A stretch of 64,000 nucleotides of DNA. Origin: Candidatus Giovannonibacteria bacterium RIFCSPLOWO2_02_FULL_45_28 (GTDB taxonomy: Bacteria > Patescibacteriota > Minisyncoccia > UBA11713 > 2-01-FULL-45-33). Positions 47,629 through 56,820 of this stretch are shown here, piece after piece. The position numbers and the translations under genes are program-made. The stretch's first letter is position 1. Every line of letters begins with the position of its first letter. The stretch covers positions 83,642-147,641 of the forward strand of contig MFIM01000001.1 in the NCBI GenBank assembly GCA_001780725.1. The letters run 5' to 3'. The notes beneath the pieces are model-generated. The model worked only from the letters and a program-made list of their open reading frames with translations, was not told where the DNA came from and ran no database searches.

Positions 47629-48609
47629 CTAAAACTTTATAAACAACTCTCTGGGGTTTCTGGGGATTTCCTTGATGAAACCGAATTCCGCTGCTTTTTG
47701 CATCACAAATACGGCATTATCAATAAACTCATCGTCCCAGCGCGACGGAAAAGCTTTTGACAGGCGCTCAACAATAAAATTTACTTCCGCTTCAGTTTTG
47801 GCGCCTACCACCTCGCGAGCATACTTGGCAACGATTTCCGGATGATCTTTAATTTGTTTGGACGCTTCAATCCTCATAGCAGCAAAATGTTCTGCGGTAT
47901 CCCGATTTGCCGCAATCCAGTCGGCATAGGCAGCTCGAGCGTTAAAAAAGTAAGGAATGTTGTATTTCTCCTTCCACAAGTCCGCGAGATTAAGAAGCTC
48001 CCGATACTGACCAGAAACGATAAGTTGTGCCGCCAGAGGGTCTGGAAGAAAAGCGGCATCCACCTCACCACCCTTAAGAGAAGAAAGAATATCAGGAATG
48101 CCGCCAAAAGTAAGAGAAAACTCTTTTTCTAAATCTATACCCAAAATCTTAAGCTCCAAAGCCATGCTTTGGTAACCAGCGGTTGCCTTCGGCAACACCG
48201 CAATCTTTTTTCCTTTTAGGTCGTCTATGGTTCTATACTTAGAGTTGGTTTTAACCAGCAGGCCATGAATGGCAGTCAGGAGCGGCGCTAAAGCGCGGAT
48301 ATCCCTTCCCGCTTGTTGAGACTGAACAAGCTCAATAGGACTAAGGGCGCCAACATCAACTTCCCGAGCAATGGTTCTCCGCGCAACTTCACCCGGCTCT
48401 ACCGCTTGGATAGTAAGGTCAAGGCCATGTTGTTTATCAAGTTTGAGTTGCTCAATTACGTATTTAAGCAGCCCCTCCGCGCCAGTAGCCACAAATGTTG
48501 CGCTAACTTTTTTAGGCTCCGACGGCTTTTTAGCTGGCCAGGCCCAAAGCGCGATTCCTATTAAAACCGCAATTCCAACAATTATCAAAACATGTTTTTT
48601 TACATTCAT
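47629..48609 (-). CDS. NMT1/SsuA-like substrate-binding protein
   Basis: DDLKGKKIAV, GEVDAA. Confidence 0.8.
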   Translation of the reverse strand: MNVKKHVLIIVGIAVLIGIALWAWPAKKPSEPKKVSATFVATGAEGLLKYVIEQLKLDKQHGLDLTIQAVEPGEVARRTIAREVDVGALSPIELVQSQQAGRDIRALAPLLTAIHGLLVKTNSKYRTIDDLKGKKIAVLPKATAGYQSMALELKILGIDLEKEFSLTFGGIPDILSSLKGGEVDAAFLPDPLAAQLIVSGQYRELLNLADLWKEKYNIPYFFNARAAYADWIAANRDTAEHFAAMRIEASKQIKDHPEIVAKYAREVVGAKTEAEVNFIVERLSKAFPSRWDDEFIDNAVFVMQKAAEFGFIKEIPRNPRELFIKF

Positions 48610-48627
48610 ATTTTAATGAAATCCATA

Positions 48628-49587
48628 TTACTCAATAAAAATATTTTCTCTCGGAAATTCCTGAATCAGTTTTAGCTCAAAAGCTTTTTTAACAAGAGCG
48701 TCGTGCGCCTCCGGTAGCCATGTAAGCGGGAAAATTGCCGGCAGACGCTCTTTCATCAAGTTTATTTCTTCCGGACGCTGAAGCCCCAAAATCTGTTTGT
48801 ATTCTTCTATCAACTGCGGATTTTTCCGAATGAAAATTGCCGCATCCGAAATCGCCTCTCTCAAACGCTCAACATTCTTCGGATTTTGTGAAATCCAGTC
48901 CGCATGCGCCGCTAAATCAACAAACGGTATAACAGAAGAACCAGTCATGCTGCCCCACTCATCGCTCAAGTTGATTATCTCTCTGTAGTTGCCAGTTGCT
49001 AAAAAGCGCGCCGTGGCAACCACGTTTAAAAACGCCGCCTCTACTTCTCCTTTAGCCAAACGTTCCTCGTTTTGCGGAAACGAGCCAAAAACAAGCTTGA
49101 AATCGCGATCCAAATCCAGTCCCAACGTTTTCATCCCCAAAGCGTGCATGGTATAAGATGCGCTCCCTTTCGGGTGCATGGCGATTCTCGCGCCCTTAAG
49201 ATCTTCAAATCTATAAAATGTGGATTTGGCCCTCACCACCAAGGCCTGATTGGTTTGGTAAGTAGACGCGAACGCACGCAGTTTTGTGTTTTTAGTCTGG
49301 TTGGCAATAACAATTGATAACGGATTTATGCTGCCCACTTCAACTCCGTCTACTTTCTCAATTAAGCGGCGTTCTGCTTCGAATGGAGGCGCAAAAGCTA
49401 CATCCAACTTCAACCCGTGTTTCTCTGCAATCCCTTTGTCCTGCAATACCGCCAGCAAAAATTTCAAATTTTCGGCATCCGCAAAACTCATTTTGACGGT
49501 TTCAATCTTGTTAGCGGAAAAATAATAAAATCCAGCCAACGCGACCACAGCAACCGACAACAAAATGTAAAATAATTTATATCTCAT
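48628..49587 (-). CDS. NMT1/SsuA-like substrate-binding protein
   Basis: EDLKGARIA, GEVEAA. Confidence 0.8.
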   Translation of the reverse strand: MRYKLFYILLSVAVVALAGFYYFSANKIETVKMSFADAENLKFLLAVLQDKGIAEKHGLKLDVAFAPPFEAERRLIEKVDGVEVGSINPLSIVIANQTKNTKLRAFASTYQTNQALVVRAKSTFYRFEDLKGARIAMHPKGSASYTMHALGMKTLGLDLDRDFKLVFGSFPQNEERLAKGEVEAAFLNVVATARFLATGNYREIINLSDEWGSMTGSSVIPFVDLAAHADWISQNPKNVERLREAISDAAIFIRKNPQLIEEYKQILGLQRPEEINLMKERLPAIFPLTWLPEAHDALVKKAFELKLIQEFPRENIFIE

Positions 49588-49595
49588 AACTTAAA

Positions 49596-50441
49596 TTAAA
49601 AATATTTCTTTTTAAGAACGACCTTTATTTTGGCAATAATTTCGTTTGGAGTAAAATGGGCTTTGACCATAAAATCTTCCGCTCCGCCGGAAAGCGCCCT
49701 ATCCATGTCTTCCTTCTGCCCGAGATTGGAAAGCACTATCACCGGTATTTGTGATAATTGCTTATCTCCTTTTACGCGCCTCAAAACCTCAAACCCGTCC
49801 AATCCGGGCAAGATAAGATCAAGCAAAATTAAATCCGGGAGTTTTTCTTCTACCATTTTTAGTCCTTCCTCGCCGTCCAGCGCTTCAAATGTCAAAAAAC
49901 CTTCCCGCTTGAGCTTTTGCACAATTAAATCCCGTAAAAATTTATCATCTTCTACAATTAATATGCGCGCCTTGCCGCCGCCACCGGAGCTTTTAACGAT
50001 CAACGCGTCTTCTGGTTCCGCCGCCTTAGACTGCGTGGTTTCTGACGATTTGTGATTTTTTGGAGATGAATCCGCCTTACCCAATACCTTTTCCACCTTC
50101 TCCAGGACATCGGCCGGATTAAATTCTGCCTTCACCAAATAATCGCGCGCACCCATCTTCATCGCCCGGTCTACTTCCACGGGCTGGCCGGAGTTTGAAA
50201 CCACGATTATTGGAACAGTTGAACCGTCTTTTTTAAGGCGCTCCAAAACTTCAAAACCGTTCATTTTCGGCAAAATTATATCCAAAAGCACAAGATCCGG
50301 ATTTTCATCCTTAACCATCCTATAACCGGCCTCCCCGTCCGTAGCCACAAGAACGCTGTAACCCTCGTATTCCAACTTAGCCTTCATGACATTAAGGTGC
50401 ACAAGCTCGTCTTCTATGATTAAAATCTTTAGCATGGCCAT
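49596..50441 (-). CDS. Response regulator with two receiver domains and no output domain
   Basis: ILIIEDE..LLDIILP and ILIVEDD..LLDLILP. Confidence 0.9.
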   Translation of the reverse strand: MAMLKILIIEDELVHLNVMKAKLEYEGYSVLVATDGEAGYRMVKDENPDLVLLDIILPKMNGFEVLERLKKDGSTVPIIVVSNSGQPVEVDRAMKMGARDYLVKAEFNPADVLEKVEKVLGKADSSPKNHKSSETTQSKAAEPEDALIVKSSGGGGKARILIVEDDKFLRDLIVQKLKREGFLTFEALDGEEGLKMVEEKLPDLILLDLILPGLDGFEVLRRVKGDKQLSQIPVIVLSNLGQKEDMDRALSGGAEDFMVKAHFTPNEIIAKIKVVLKKKYF

Positions 50442-50460
50442 ATAGCTTTATAGTATCATG

Positions 50461-52551
50461 TTAAATTGTTTCTAAAAACTCTTCCAGTGGCTGGGTTTCT
50501 TCGCTGGGGACAAGTTCTTTTTTGACAGGCAGGGTCAGGACGAAGCTTGAGCCTTGGCCTTCTTTGGAAACAAATTGAATATCCCCGCCGTGGCGCCTGA
50601 TAATGTTGCGCACAATAAAAAGTCCGAGTCCGGTTCCTTCTGTCTCCATGCGTATTACATTGGAAGCCCTGAAAAACTTTGAAAAAACGCGCTTTTGCTC
50701 GGCGGCCGGTATTCCTACTCCGGTGTCCGAAATACTAACTATTGCGTAATCTCCTTTGAGTTCCGGCTTTATGGTGATCTTGCCGTTAACTGTGGTGTAT
50801 TTAATCGCATTTTCAAGCAAGTTGTTGAAAGCCAGAGTAAGTTTTTCCTGATCGGCATAAATAAGAGGAAAGCTTTTTGTTAAGCCCTCAAGCCTTAAAT
50901 CAATGGATTTTTGACGAACGATGCCGGTATAATTTTTAACGGCGTCTCTTAAAAATTCTCCCAAGTCAATATCTCTAAACTCATATCCAAACTTTCCTTC
51001 CTCTATGCGCGCGGCGTTAAGAAGATCGTTGACCAGTTTAATCATTCTTTCATTAGTCTCGTAACCCTTGGAAAGAAAATCCAACTGTTCTTTAGAAAGC
51101 GCGCCGGCATCTCCGTCCAAAAGCAGGCGCAATGTCCACTTAATCGCCGACAGCGGTGTGCGCAATTGATGCGCGGCGATGGAAACAAATTCCGATTTAA
51201 GCCGGGTCAAAAGCTTTTCGCGGGAAATATCGTGTAAAATTTTTAGAAATCCGCGGACATTTCCTGCCCGATCAACAACATGCGTCATTGTAATAAGCAA
51301 TCTCAAATCCGGAGCCGAAATATGCACCTCCATGGTTTTGGTAAAAGGCGCCCCAAGAACTTGTTTGACGCTGGAGGCGTAAGGCGCCAAAGCGGGATAC
51401 ATCAATTCCACAAGGCCTTTGAGTTTATCATTGGTTTTGGCTAATTCCGGAGTTACAACTACCCCGCTGATATCGGAGAATTTTACTCCCAAAAGCTCCT
51501 CCGCCCTTGGGTTCATTAAAATAATTTGGGACTGGTCGTTGTATTCAATCACGCCATCCGAAAGGCTGTTTAAAATCGCCTCTCTTTGATTTCTTTCTGA
51601 ATAAAAAAGCGCGGCGGCTCTTACTAAATTGAAATAGTTCCAAACCAACAAAAACAGCAATAAAATTTCCAGCACGAATGAAATAATCGCTGCCGACAAA
51701 ATTCGTCTTGATGAAGCAAGCGCGAAAGACCTCGGATTTTCCACCACAACACCCCAGCCGGTAAGCGCAAAAGGTAAAGCAACCGCAAACACATTCTCCC
51801 CTTTTTCATTGTTGTAAACTAAGGTTGCGTCGCGCGTGTCGGCTTCTCGCCCGGATAAGACGGTGGCGATGATTTTCCTTTCCAGTATATTAACGCGCCC
51901 GAATACCAAAGATGAATTGGGGTGGGCAATTATGAAGCCGTCGCGATCAACAACGTAAGTCTCACCCTGATCTCCTATTTTTATTCCGCGGACAACGTCC
52001 AGTAAAAATTTCAAATTGACGTCGGCGACAATCGCGGAAAAACCCGACTCCTTTCTTAGCGGCAAAGCAATTGTAATCAACGGTTCTGAAATGCCTGAGA
52101 CCAGCACCGGGCCGCGATAAATCTCTCCGCGGCTTATCACTTTGAAAAGGTCCTCTCCAGATCTGTCTTTTAAATCAGCCGGCGTAATAAGCAAAAATCT
52201 GTGATTTTTTAGGCTCTCGCGGCCATTTTGATCCAAAAGAGTAAGCGATTCAAACGGCTGGTTTTCTTTCATCAATCTATAAACGGTGGTTTCCCCAAGA
52301 GCGCCGTTTTGATTAATAATATCAACCGCATTTCCCAAAGAGTTTTCGTATCGGCCCAAAAAAGCGGCTGTTTGATTTCTCACATCCAATGCAAAAGACC
52401 GGTGCAGCACGTAAGCGTTTGTCTCCAATTCATCCAGTGTAGGCAAAAGCCATGCGGCGTTCGCGGCCGTCAACGCCAAAACCGCAACTAAGCCCAAAGC
52501 CCATAATTGCGACTTTTTCCCAAAGAAAAATTCAATAATAGTTTGCCGCAT
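50461..52551 (-). CDS. Sensor histidine kinase (dCache-PAS-HisKA-HATPase)
   Basis: AAHQLRTPL, NLLENAIKYT, DTGVGI, GTGLGL. Confidence 0.93.
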   Translation of the reverse strand: MRQTIIEFFFGKKSQLWALGLVAVLALTAANAAWLLPTLDELETNAYVLHRSFALDVRNQTAAFLGRYENSLGNAVDIINQNGALGETTVYRLMKENQPFESLTLLDQNGRESLKNHRFLLITPADLKDRSGEDLFKVISRGEIYRGPVLVSGISEPLITIALPLRKESGFSAIVADVNLKFLLDVVRGIKIGDQGETYVVDRDGFIIAHPNSSLVFGRVNILERKIIATVLSGREADTRDATLVYNNEKGENVFAVALPFALTGWGVVVENPRSFALASSRRILSAAIISFVLEILLLFLLVWNYFNLVRAAALFYSERNQREAILNSLSDGVIEYNDQSQIILMNPRAEELLGVKFSDISGVVVTPELAKTNDKLKGLVELMYPALAPYASSVKQVLGAPFTKTMEVHISAPDLRLLITMTHVVDRAGNVRGFLKILHDISREKLLTRLKSEFVSIAAHQLRTPLSAIKWTLRLLLDGDAGALSKEQLDFLSKGYETNERMIKLVNDLLNAARIEEGKFGYEFRDIDLGEFLRDAVKNYTGIVRQKSIDLRLEGLTKSFPLIYADQEKLTLAFNNLLENAIKYTTVNGKITIKPELKGDYAIVSISDTGVGIPAAEQKRVFSKFFRASNVIRMETEGTGLGLFIVRNIIRRHGGDIQFVSKEGQGSSFVLTLPVKKELVPSEETQPLEEFLETI

Positions 52552-52556
52552 TTGCT

Positions 52557-53564
52557 CTACTCTTGATAGATTTTATTGGCCTGCAAGCGCAAAGACTCCG
52601 GGATTAGAAGTCCAATCTCGTTGGCAAGTTTTGCGTTAATTTCAAAAGTAAGCGCGGAAGCAAACTCAATCGGGATCTCACCGGGGTCTGCCCCTTTGAG
52701 AACTTTGTCAATAATTCTCGCGCCTTGTTTCCCGACTTCAAATCTAGGAATACCGTAAACCATGAGATAGCCGGAGGAAACTCCTCGCTCAACGTTAAAA
52801 TCAATTGAAGGAATTTTAGCCTGCTTAAGCGGCGGAGCGATAAGGCTGGAATTTCCGGAAATAACGGCATCATTGACAGTCATAAACGCGCCGGCGCCGT
52901 CGCGAACCAATTTTTGCATAGCCGCCGGAACATCTTCTTGTTTTGCAACGTCATACCAAAGCACACGGAGTCCCAATTTGCCCGCCGCTTCTTCGTAAAC
53001 TTTTATCACCTGTTGGTAGCTCACATTTTTAGGATTTGCCAAACTGCCGATAGTTTTTAATTTCGGAACAAGGGTTTTTAAAATCTCCATCCGTTTAGGA
53101 GCCGTTGAAACATTATCTACAACAACTCCGGTCATAAATCCTCCCGGATACTGAATATTTTCCACGCCCAATTGCGCAAAGTTGCCCACATCCACCGCCA
53201 CAACCGGGATTTTAGCATCCTTATTTGCGTCTTTCACTGCGCTAGACGCGCTGGTTGACACAGAAACAATTAAATCCGGATTTGAAGCTACGATTTCCGA
53301 AGCTAATTTTTTTGTAAGATCTAAGTCGCCCTTTGGATTTCTTACTTCAATAACAATATCTTTCCCCTCTTCGTACCCGAGCTCCTTAAGGCCGGCCTTG
53401 ATGCCGTCCACGGAGGCAAGCTGTAAATCGGACGCCGTAAGCACGGCGATTTTTTTAGGAGTGGGACTCGGTATACTCCGAAACGGAGGCGCCACAAAAA
53501 ACACGAAAGCCGCCGAGCCGAGCAATATTAATAAAATAATTAGTGCTACTTGTTTATTGCCCAT
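52557..53564 (-). CDS. ABC-type substrate-binding protein (putative Trp/Tyr-binding family)
   Basis: GLKELGYEEG, PDLIV, PGGFMTGV, KGADPGEIP. Confidence 0.82.
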   Translation of the reverse strand: MGNKQVALIILLILLGSAAFVFFVAPPFRSIPSPTPKKIAVLTASDLQLASVDGIKAGLKELGYEEGKDIVIEVRNPKGDLDLTKKLASEIVASNPDLIVSVSTSASSAVKDANKDAKIPVVAVDVGNFAQLGVENIQYPGGFMTGVVVDNVSTAPKRMEILKTLVPKLKTIGSLANPKNVSYQQVIKVYEEAAGKLGLRVLWYDVAKQEDVPAAMQKLVRDGAGAFMTVNDAVISGNSSLIAPPLKQAKIPSIDFNVERGVSSGYLMVYGIPRFEVGKQGARIIDKVLKGADPGEIPIEFASALTFEINAKLANEIGLLIPESLRLQANKIYQE

Positions 53565-53578
53565 GTGCTTCTATTATA

Positions 53579-54475
53579 TCACTCGGAATTCAGTCTCGCC
53601 ACAAGGCTGGTAAAGCCAAGTTCTTCAAAAAGGGCTTTTAATTGGTCCTTGCGAAGTTGGAAGCCAGAAATCGGGAGTTGGAAATTAATTGGCGCATCTC
53701 GCCGGATAGTAGCAAGTGTTTTTGAAAAAAATGCGTCTTCTTTGTGATCCGAAAGCAAATTTATAACGCGCTCTTTCACAATCTTTCCGACTTCTAATCT
53801 CCCACCTCCGACTTCTAATTTGTTATATAAATTTTCCAGCGTTGCAAAATTTTTAATTATATCAGTCGCAGTTTTTTCGCCTATGCCTTTTACTCCGATG
53901 ATATTATCCGATGGGTCACCCTTTAACCCTTTAAAGTCCGGTATGGCGGACGGGGGGAATCCGTACCTCTCAACCACTTTTGCCTCGTCATATATAACCG
54001 TGTCCTCAATGCCTTTGCGCAAAGTGTAAACAACAACCTTGTTGTCATCTACCAACTGCAAAACATCCATATCGCCCGAGACAATAATTGTTTTTGTGTC
54101 TTTTAATTTTTTAGTTTGTTCCACGATCGTCCCCAAAATGTCATCGGCCTCAAATCCGGCCGCGTCTAAAATAGGAATTCCGAACGCTTCAACAACATCG
54201 CGCGACCGAATCAATTGTTTTACCAAATCGTCTTCCGCTTCCGGACGTTTGGCTTTGTAGGCTTCGTAGCTTTCGTGCCGGAAGGTCGGCTCGGGCCGGT
54301 CAAACGCGGCAACAATATAATCCGGTTTTAATTCCCGAATAACTTTCAAAAGCATAGTTGAAAGGCCGTAAAGCGCTCCGGTCGGCTCGCCGGTATTTTT
54401 GGAAGTAAACTTCGGAAGCGCGTGATACGCACGATGAATTAAAGCATGAGCGTCCAATAAAACAAGTGTTTTCAT
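53579..54475 (-). CDS. Stand-alone 5'-3' exonuclease (PolA N-terminal domain)
   Basis: LLDAHALIHRAYHA, EADDILG, GDPSDNI.GVKGIG; stops before any polymerase domain. Confidence 0.88.
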   Translation of the reverse strand: MKTLVLLDAHALIHRAYHALPKFTSKNTGEPTGALYGLSTMLLKVIRELKPDYIVAAFDRPEPTFRHESYEAYKAKRPEAEDDLVKQLIRSRDVVEAFGIPILDAAGFEADDILGTIVEQTKKLKDTKTIIVSGDMDVLQLVDDNKVVVYTLRKGIEDTVIYDEAKVVERYGFPPSAIPDFKGLKGDPSDNIIGVKGIGEKTATDIIKNFATLENLYNKLEVGGGRLEVGKIVKERVINLLSDHKEDAFFSKTLATIRRDAPINFQLPISGFQLRKDQLKALFEELGFTSLVARLNSE

Positions 54476-54936
54476 ATAATTATTTTTATCAGGCGGTGCT
54501 CGTGATGTCTAATGTGTTTAAAAATTATGCGCATGGCGTTTTTCGGCAGAATATTTTTTATTTTGTCTCCCCATTCTACTAAAATTATATTTTTGGGGTC
54601 GCGTATAAAATCGCGCCAATTCAAAACTTTAAAACCTTTTGATTTTAGGCGGTAGGCGTCAATATGAATGAATTGCCTTACGCCGTAGGCTTTACGCCTT
54701 ACGCTGTATATTCGCATTATCACAAACGTCGGGCTTCGGGGATTTTCTTTAATGCCCAATCCTTTGGCAAATCCCTGTGTAAAAGTTGTTTTTCCGGAAC
54801 CAAGTTCACCCTCAAGGCTGATGATAATAGCCCCCCTTTTGATTGAAGTCGGACTTCGATCAATTTCGTGAGCTAGTTTTTCGCCGAGTTTTTTTGTTTC
54901 TTTAGCGCTGCGAGTTAAAATTTCGATGTTCTCCAT
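54472..54936 (-). CDS. tsaE: tRNA threonylcarbamoyladenosine biosynthesis ATPase
   Basis: GELGSGKTTF, SPTFVI, HIDAYRL, VEW. Confidence 0.93.
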   Translation of the reverse strand: MENIEILTRSAKETKKLGEKLAHEIDRSPTSIKRGAIIISLEGELGSGKTTFTQGFAKGLGIKENPRSPTFVIMRIYSVRRKAYGVRQFIHIDAYRLKSKGFKVLNWRDFIRDPKNIILVEWGDKIKNILPKNAMRIIFKHIRHHEHRLIKIII

Positions 54937-54954
54937 AAATTCATTTTATCACGT

Positions 54955-55111
54955 AACCTCTCCTCAAACCCCCTACCCACCCTTGTTAAGGAGGGGGTAG
55001 AAAACCTACCCCAACCCCTTCTCAAGGAAGGGGTAAATATAATACCCTCCCCTTTGGGGAGGGTTGGGAGGGGTAATTAAAAAAACAGGGGGCATCCGTC
55101 CGGATGCCCCC
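54955..55111. repeat. Cluster of REP-like C-rich/G-rich hairpins plus a terminator
   Basis: accccttc..gaaggggt, accctcccc-ttt-ggggagggt, ggggcatcc..ggatgcccc. Confidence 0.7.
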
Positions 55112-55148
55112 AAATATCTAAAACCGAGCTTTGAACGTGCCGAGAGAG

Positions 55149-55625
55149 CTAGTTGCCCAAGCTCTCCTCGCGAATAGCGCTCTCCTCGTAACGAACATGC
55201 GCCCATGGTTCTTGTGCCGGGACTTCCGGTTTTAATTCTGGCAGCTTGGGTGGAGAAGTCGGTTGCTGCGAAAAAAGGCTCCGGCAGCCGCCAAACCAAA
55301 TCGTAATCAAACACTCCAGCGCATTTGCAATTGGCTTGAAATCGATCGGCACGTTAATTTGCGGTGAATTGCCACCGCCGGAACTCGGAGATGGCGCGTA
55401 GTAGTACCCGCCACCGCCGAAGTTGTTATTCTGTGGCGTAGACCACTGTTTGCTCTGCAAAAAGCTTGAGCCCGTTGAGCAGTTCCCCTTTTCGTTGCAA
55501 TACCTAGTTTCCTGGCGCGACTCTTGCTTGCTCGTATATCGCCGCGCCTCTACCAGCTGCGGATCCGCCGCAAACGGAATCTGCCATAAAAGCCAAAAAA
55601 TGCCGAAAATAAGCCACTTTTTCAT
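55149..55625 (-). CDS. Secreted hypothetical protein, low complexity
   Basis: Signal-peptide-like N-terminus; AGGAAGG upstream. Confidence 0.55.
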   Translation of the reverse strand: MKKWLIFGIFWLLWQIPFAADPQLVEARRYTSKQESRQETRYCNEKGNCSTGSSFLQSKQWSTPQNNNFGGGGYYYAPSPSSGGGNSPQINVPIDFKPIANALECLITIWFGGCRSLFSQQPTSPPKLPELKPEVPAQEPWAHVRYEESAIREESLGN

Positions 55626-55699
55626 GATTCTACCCTTCCTTTCTGCCTTAATTATACTCCTTTGTTGGAAAAAGTCAAGTTTTTAAGTGAGGTTAAAGG

Positions 55700-55708
55700 T
55701 TATCCACA
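55700..55708 (+). promoter_or_regulatory. DnaA box TTATCCACA
   Basis: Perfect consensus in a divergent intergenic region. Confidence 0.45.
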
Positions 55709-55749
55709 ATTGCACATATTTCCGTCCGCGTGCTAGGAATATATACATC

Positions 55750-56802
55750 ATGACCGAGCAAATGCAGAAATTTAAAGCAATTGTAGAAACTTCCGACACA
55801 ATCGCAATAAGAATTGGCGAGACCAACGATATCTCCAAAATTTTAGCCGGAACACTCCTTCACCAGGCTTTTCTAAAATTAAATAAGCGGGTAAGCATTG
55901 ATACCCAAGACGCAGAAACCGCTTCGGCCTTTTTTGAGACGCCACTCAAGAGCTTCGGCAAAGAAGAAAATATTCTAATCAAGTTTGACACCGAAAAATT
56001 GCCTGTTTCGGAACTGCGATACGAAAAAGACGGAAAGTTTATGAAAATTATCTTGAAAAGCGGCAATGGGGACGGCGACCGCGCTCCTGATTTGAGCGAG
56101 ATTGTTTTAGAAAAAGAGGCTTTGCCTGTTGACCTTTTAATGCTTATAGACACGCCGGAGACGGAAATTGAAAACGCGCTGAAAGAAAATCCGCACAAAG
56201 AGGTGGTTAAGCTCGGCACGAAAGATAAGGCGCTGTCTTTAAAAGTTGAAGAAATTTTCAATGCGTTTTTTGAGGAAACTCCGCAAGATGTAAAAGAGGC
56301 GCTTTGGTTTTTTATAAAATACGAAAAAAGGATGGATTGGGACATCGGCGGCGGCTTGCGGGAAGAAAAAATATTACGCGCAAAAGAGGCTCTTTTTGGC
56401 CCGAGTTTTTGGAGGCTTCTGGGAAGAGCTCTCGCGCGAAGCCATTTTGAAAAAGAGATTCAGACGCTTTGGGCATTTTTGCCAAAATCGGATTTTTCCG
56501 CCGCAGGCGGACCTGCCTTCGGCGGGGAAAATGTTGATGCGCAAAAAAACAAAAACTCGGTATTAAAAATACTAAACGAGTTGCGGGCGCTCCGCCCAGA
56601 AAGCAGGCTTTTTGCGCTTTTGTGGGAAGATGCGCCAAAATCCATAAGCGCCGTTATTGCCAGCAGGGATTCCACCATGCTTAAGAATCTAGCTGTTTCT
56701 ATGTCGAGCGTTCCGGCGTCTTCTTATTTCATTGCCAACGGATTTTCCGCGTTTTCGGAAGCGGAAATTAAAATACGCGGCCTGATCCGTCGAGTTCTTT
56801 AA
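55750..56802 (+). CDS. Hypothetical protein, possibly a degenerate DHH-like fold
   Basis: Long ORF with RLLGRALAR motif; no intact DHH motif. Confidence 0.55.
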   Translation: MTEQMQKFKAIVETSDTIAIRIGETNDISKILAGTLLHQAFLKLNKRVSIDTQDAETASAFFETPLKSFGKEENILIKFDTEKLPVSELRYEKDGKFMKIILKSGNGDGDRAPDLSEIVLEKEALPVDLLMLIDTPETEIENALKENPHKEVVKLGTKDKALSLKVEEIFNAFFEETPQDVKEALWFFIKYEKRMDWDIGGGLREEKILRAKEALFGPSFWRLLGRALARSHFEKEIQTLWAFLPKSDFSAAGGPAFGGENVDAQKNKNSVLKILNELRALRPESRLFALLWEDAPKSISAVIASRDSTMLKNLAVSMSSVPASSYFIANGFSAFSEAEIKIRGLIRRVL

Positions 56803-56820
56803 CAATGTTATAATAAATTC

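Noticed and set aside
55006-55314. 102-aa minus-strand ORF over the REP-like cluster
   Set aside because: Overlaps the 55149-55625 gene in another frame and runs through a terminator and repeats.
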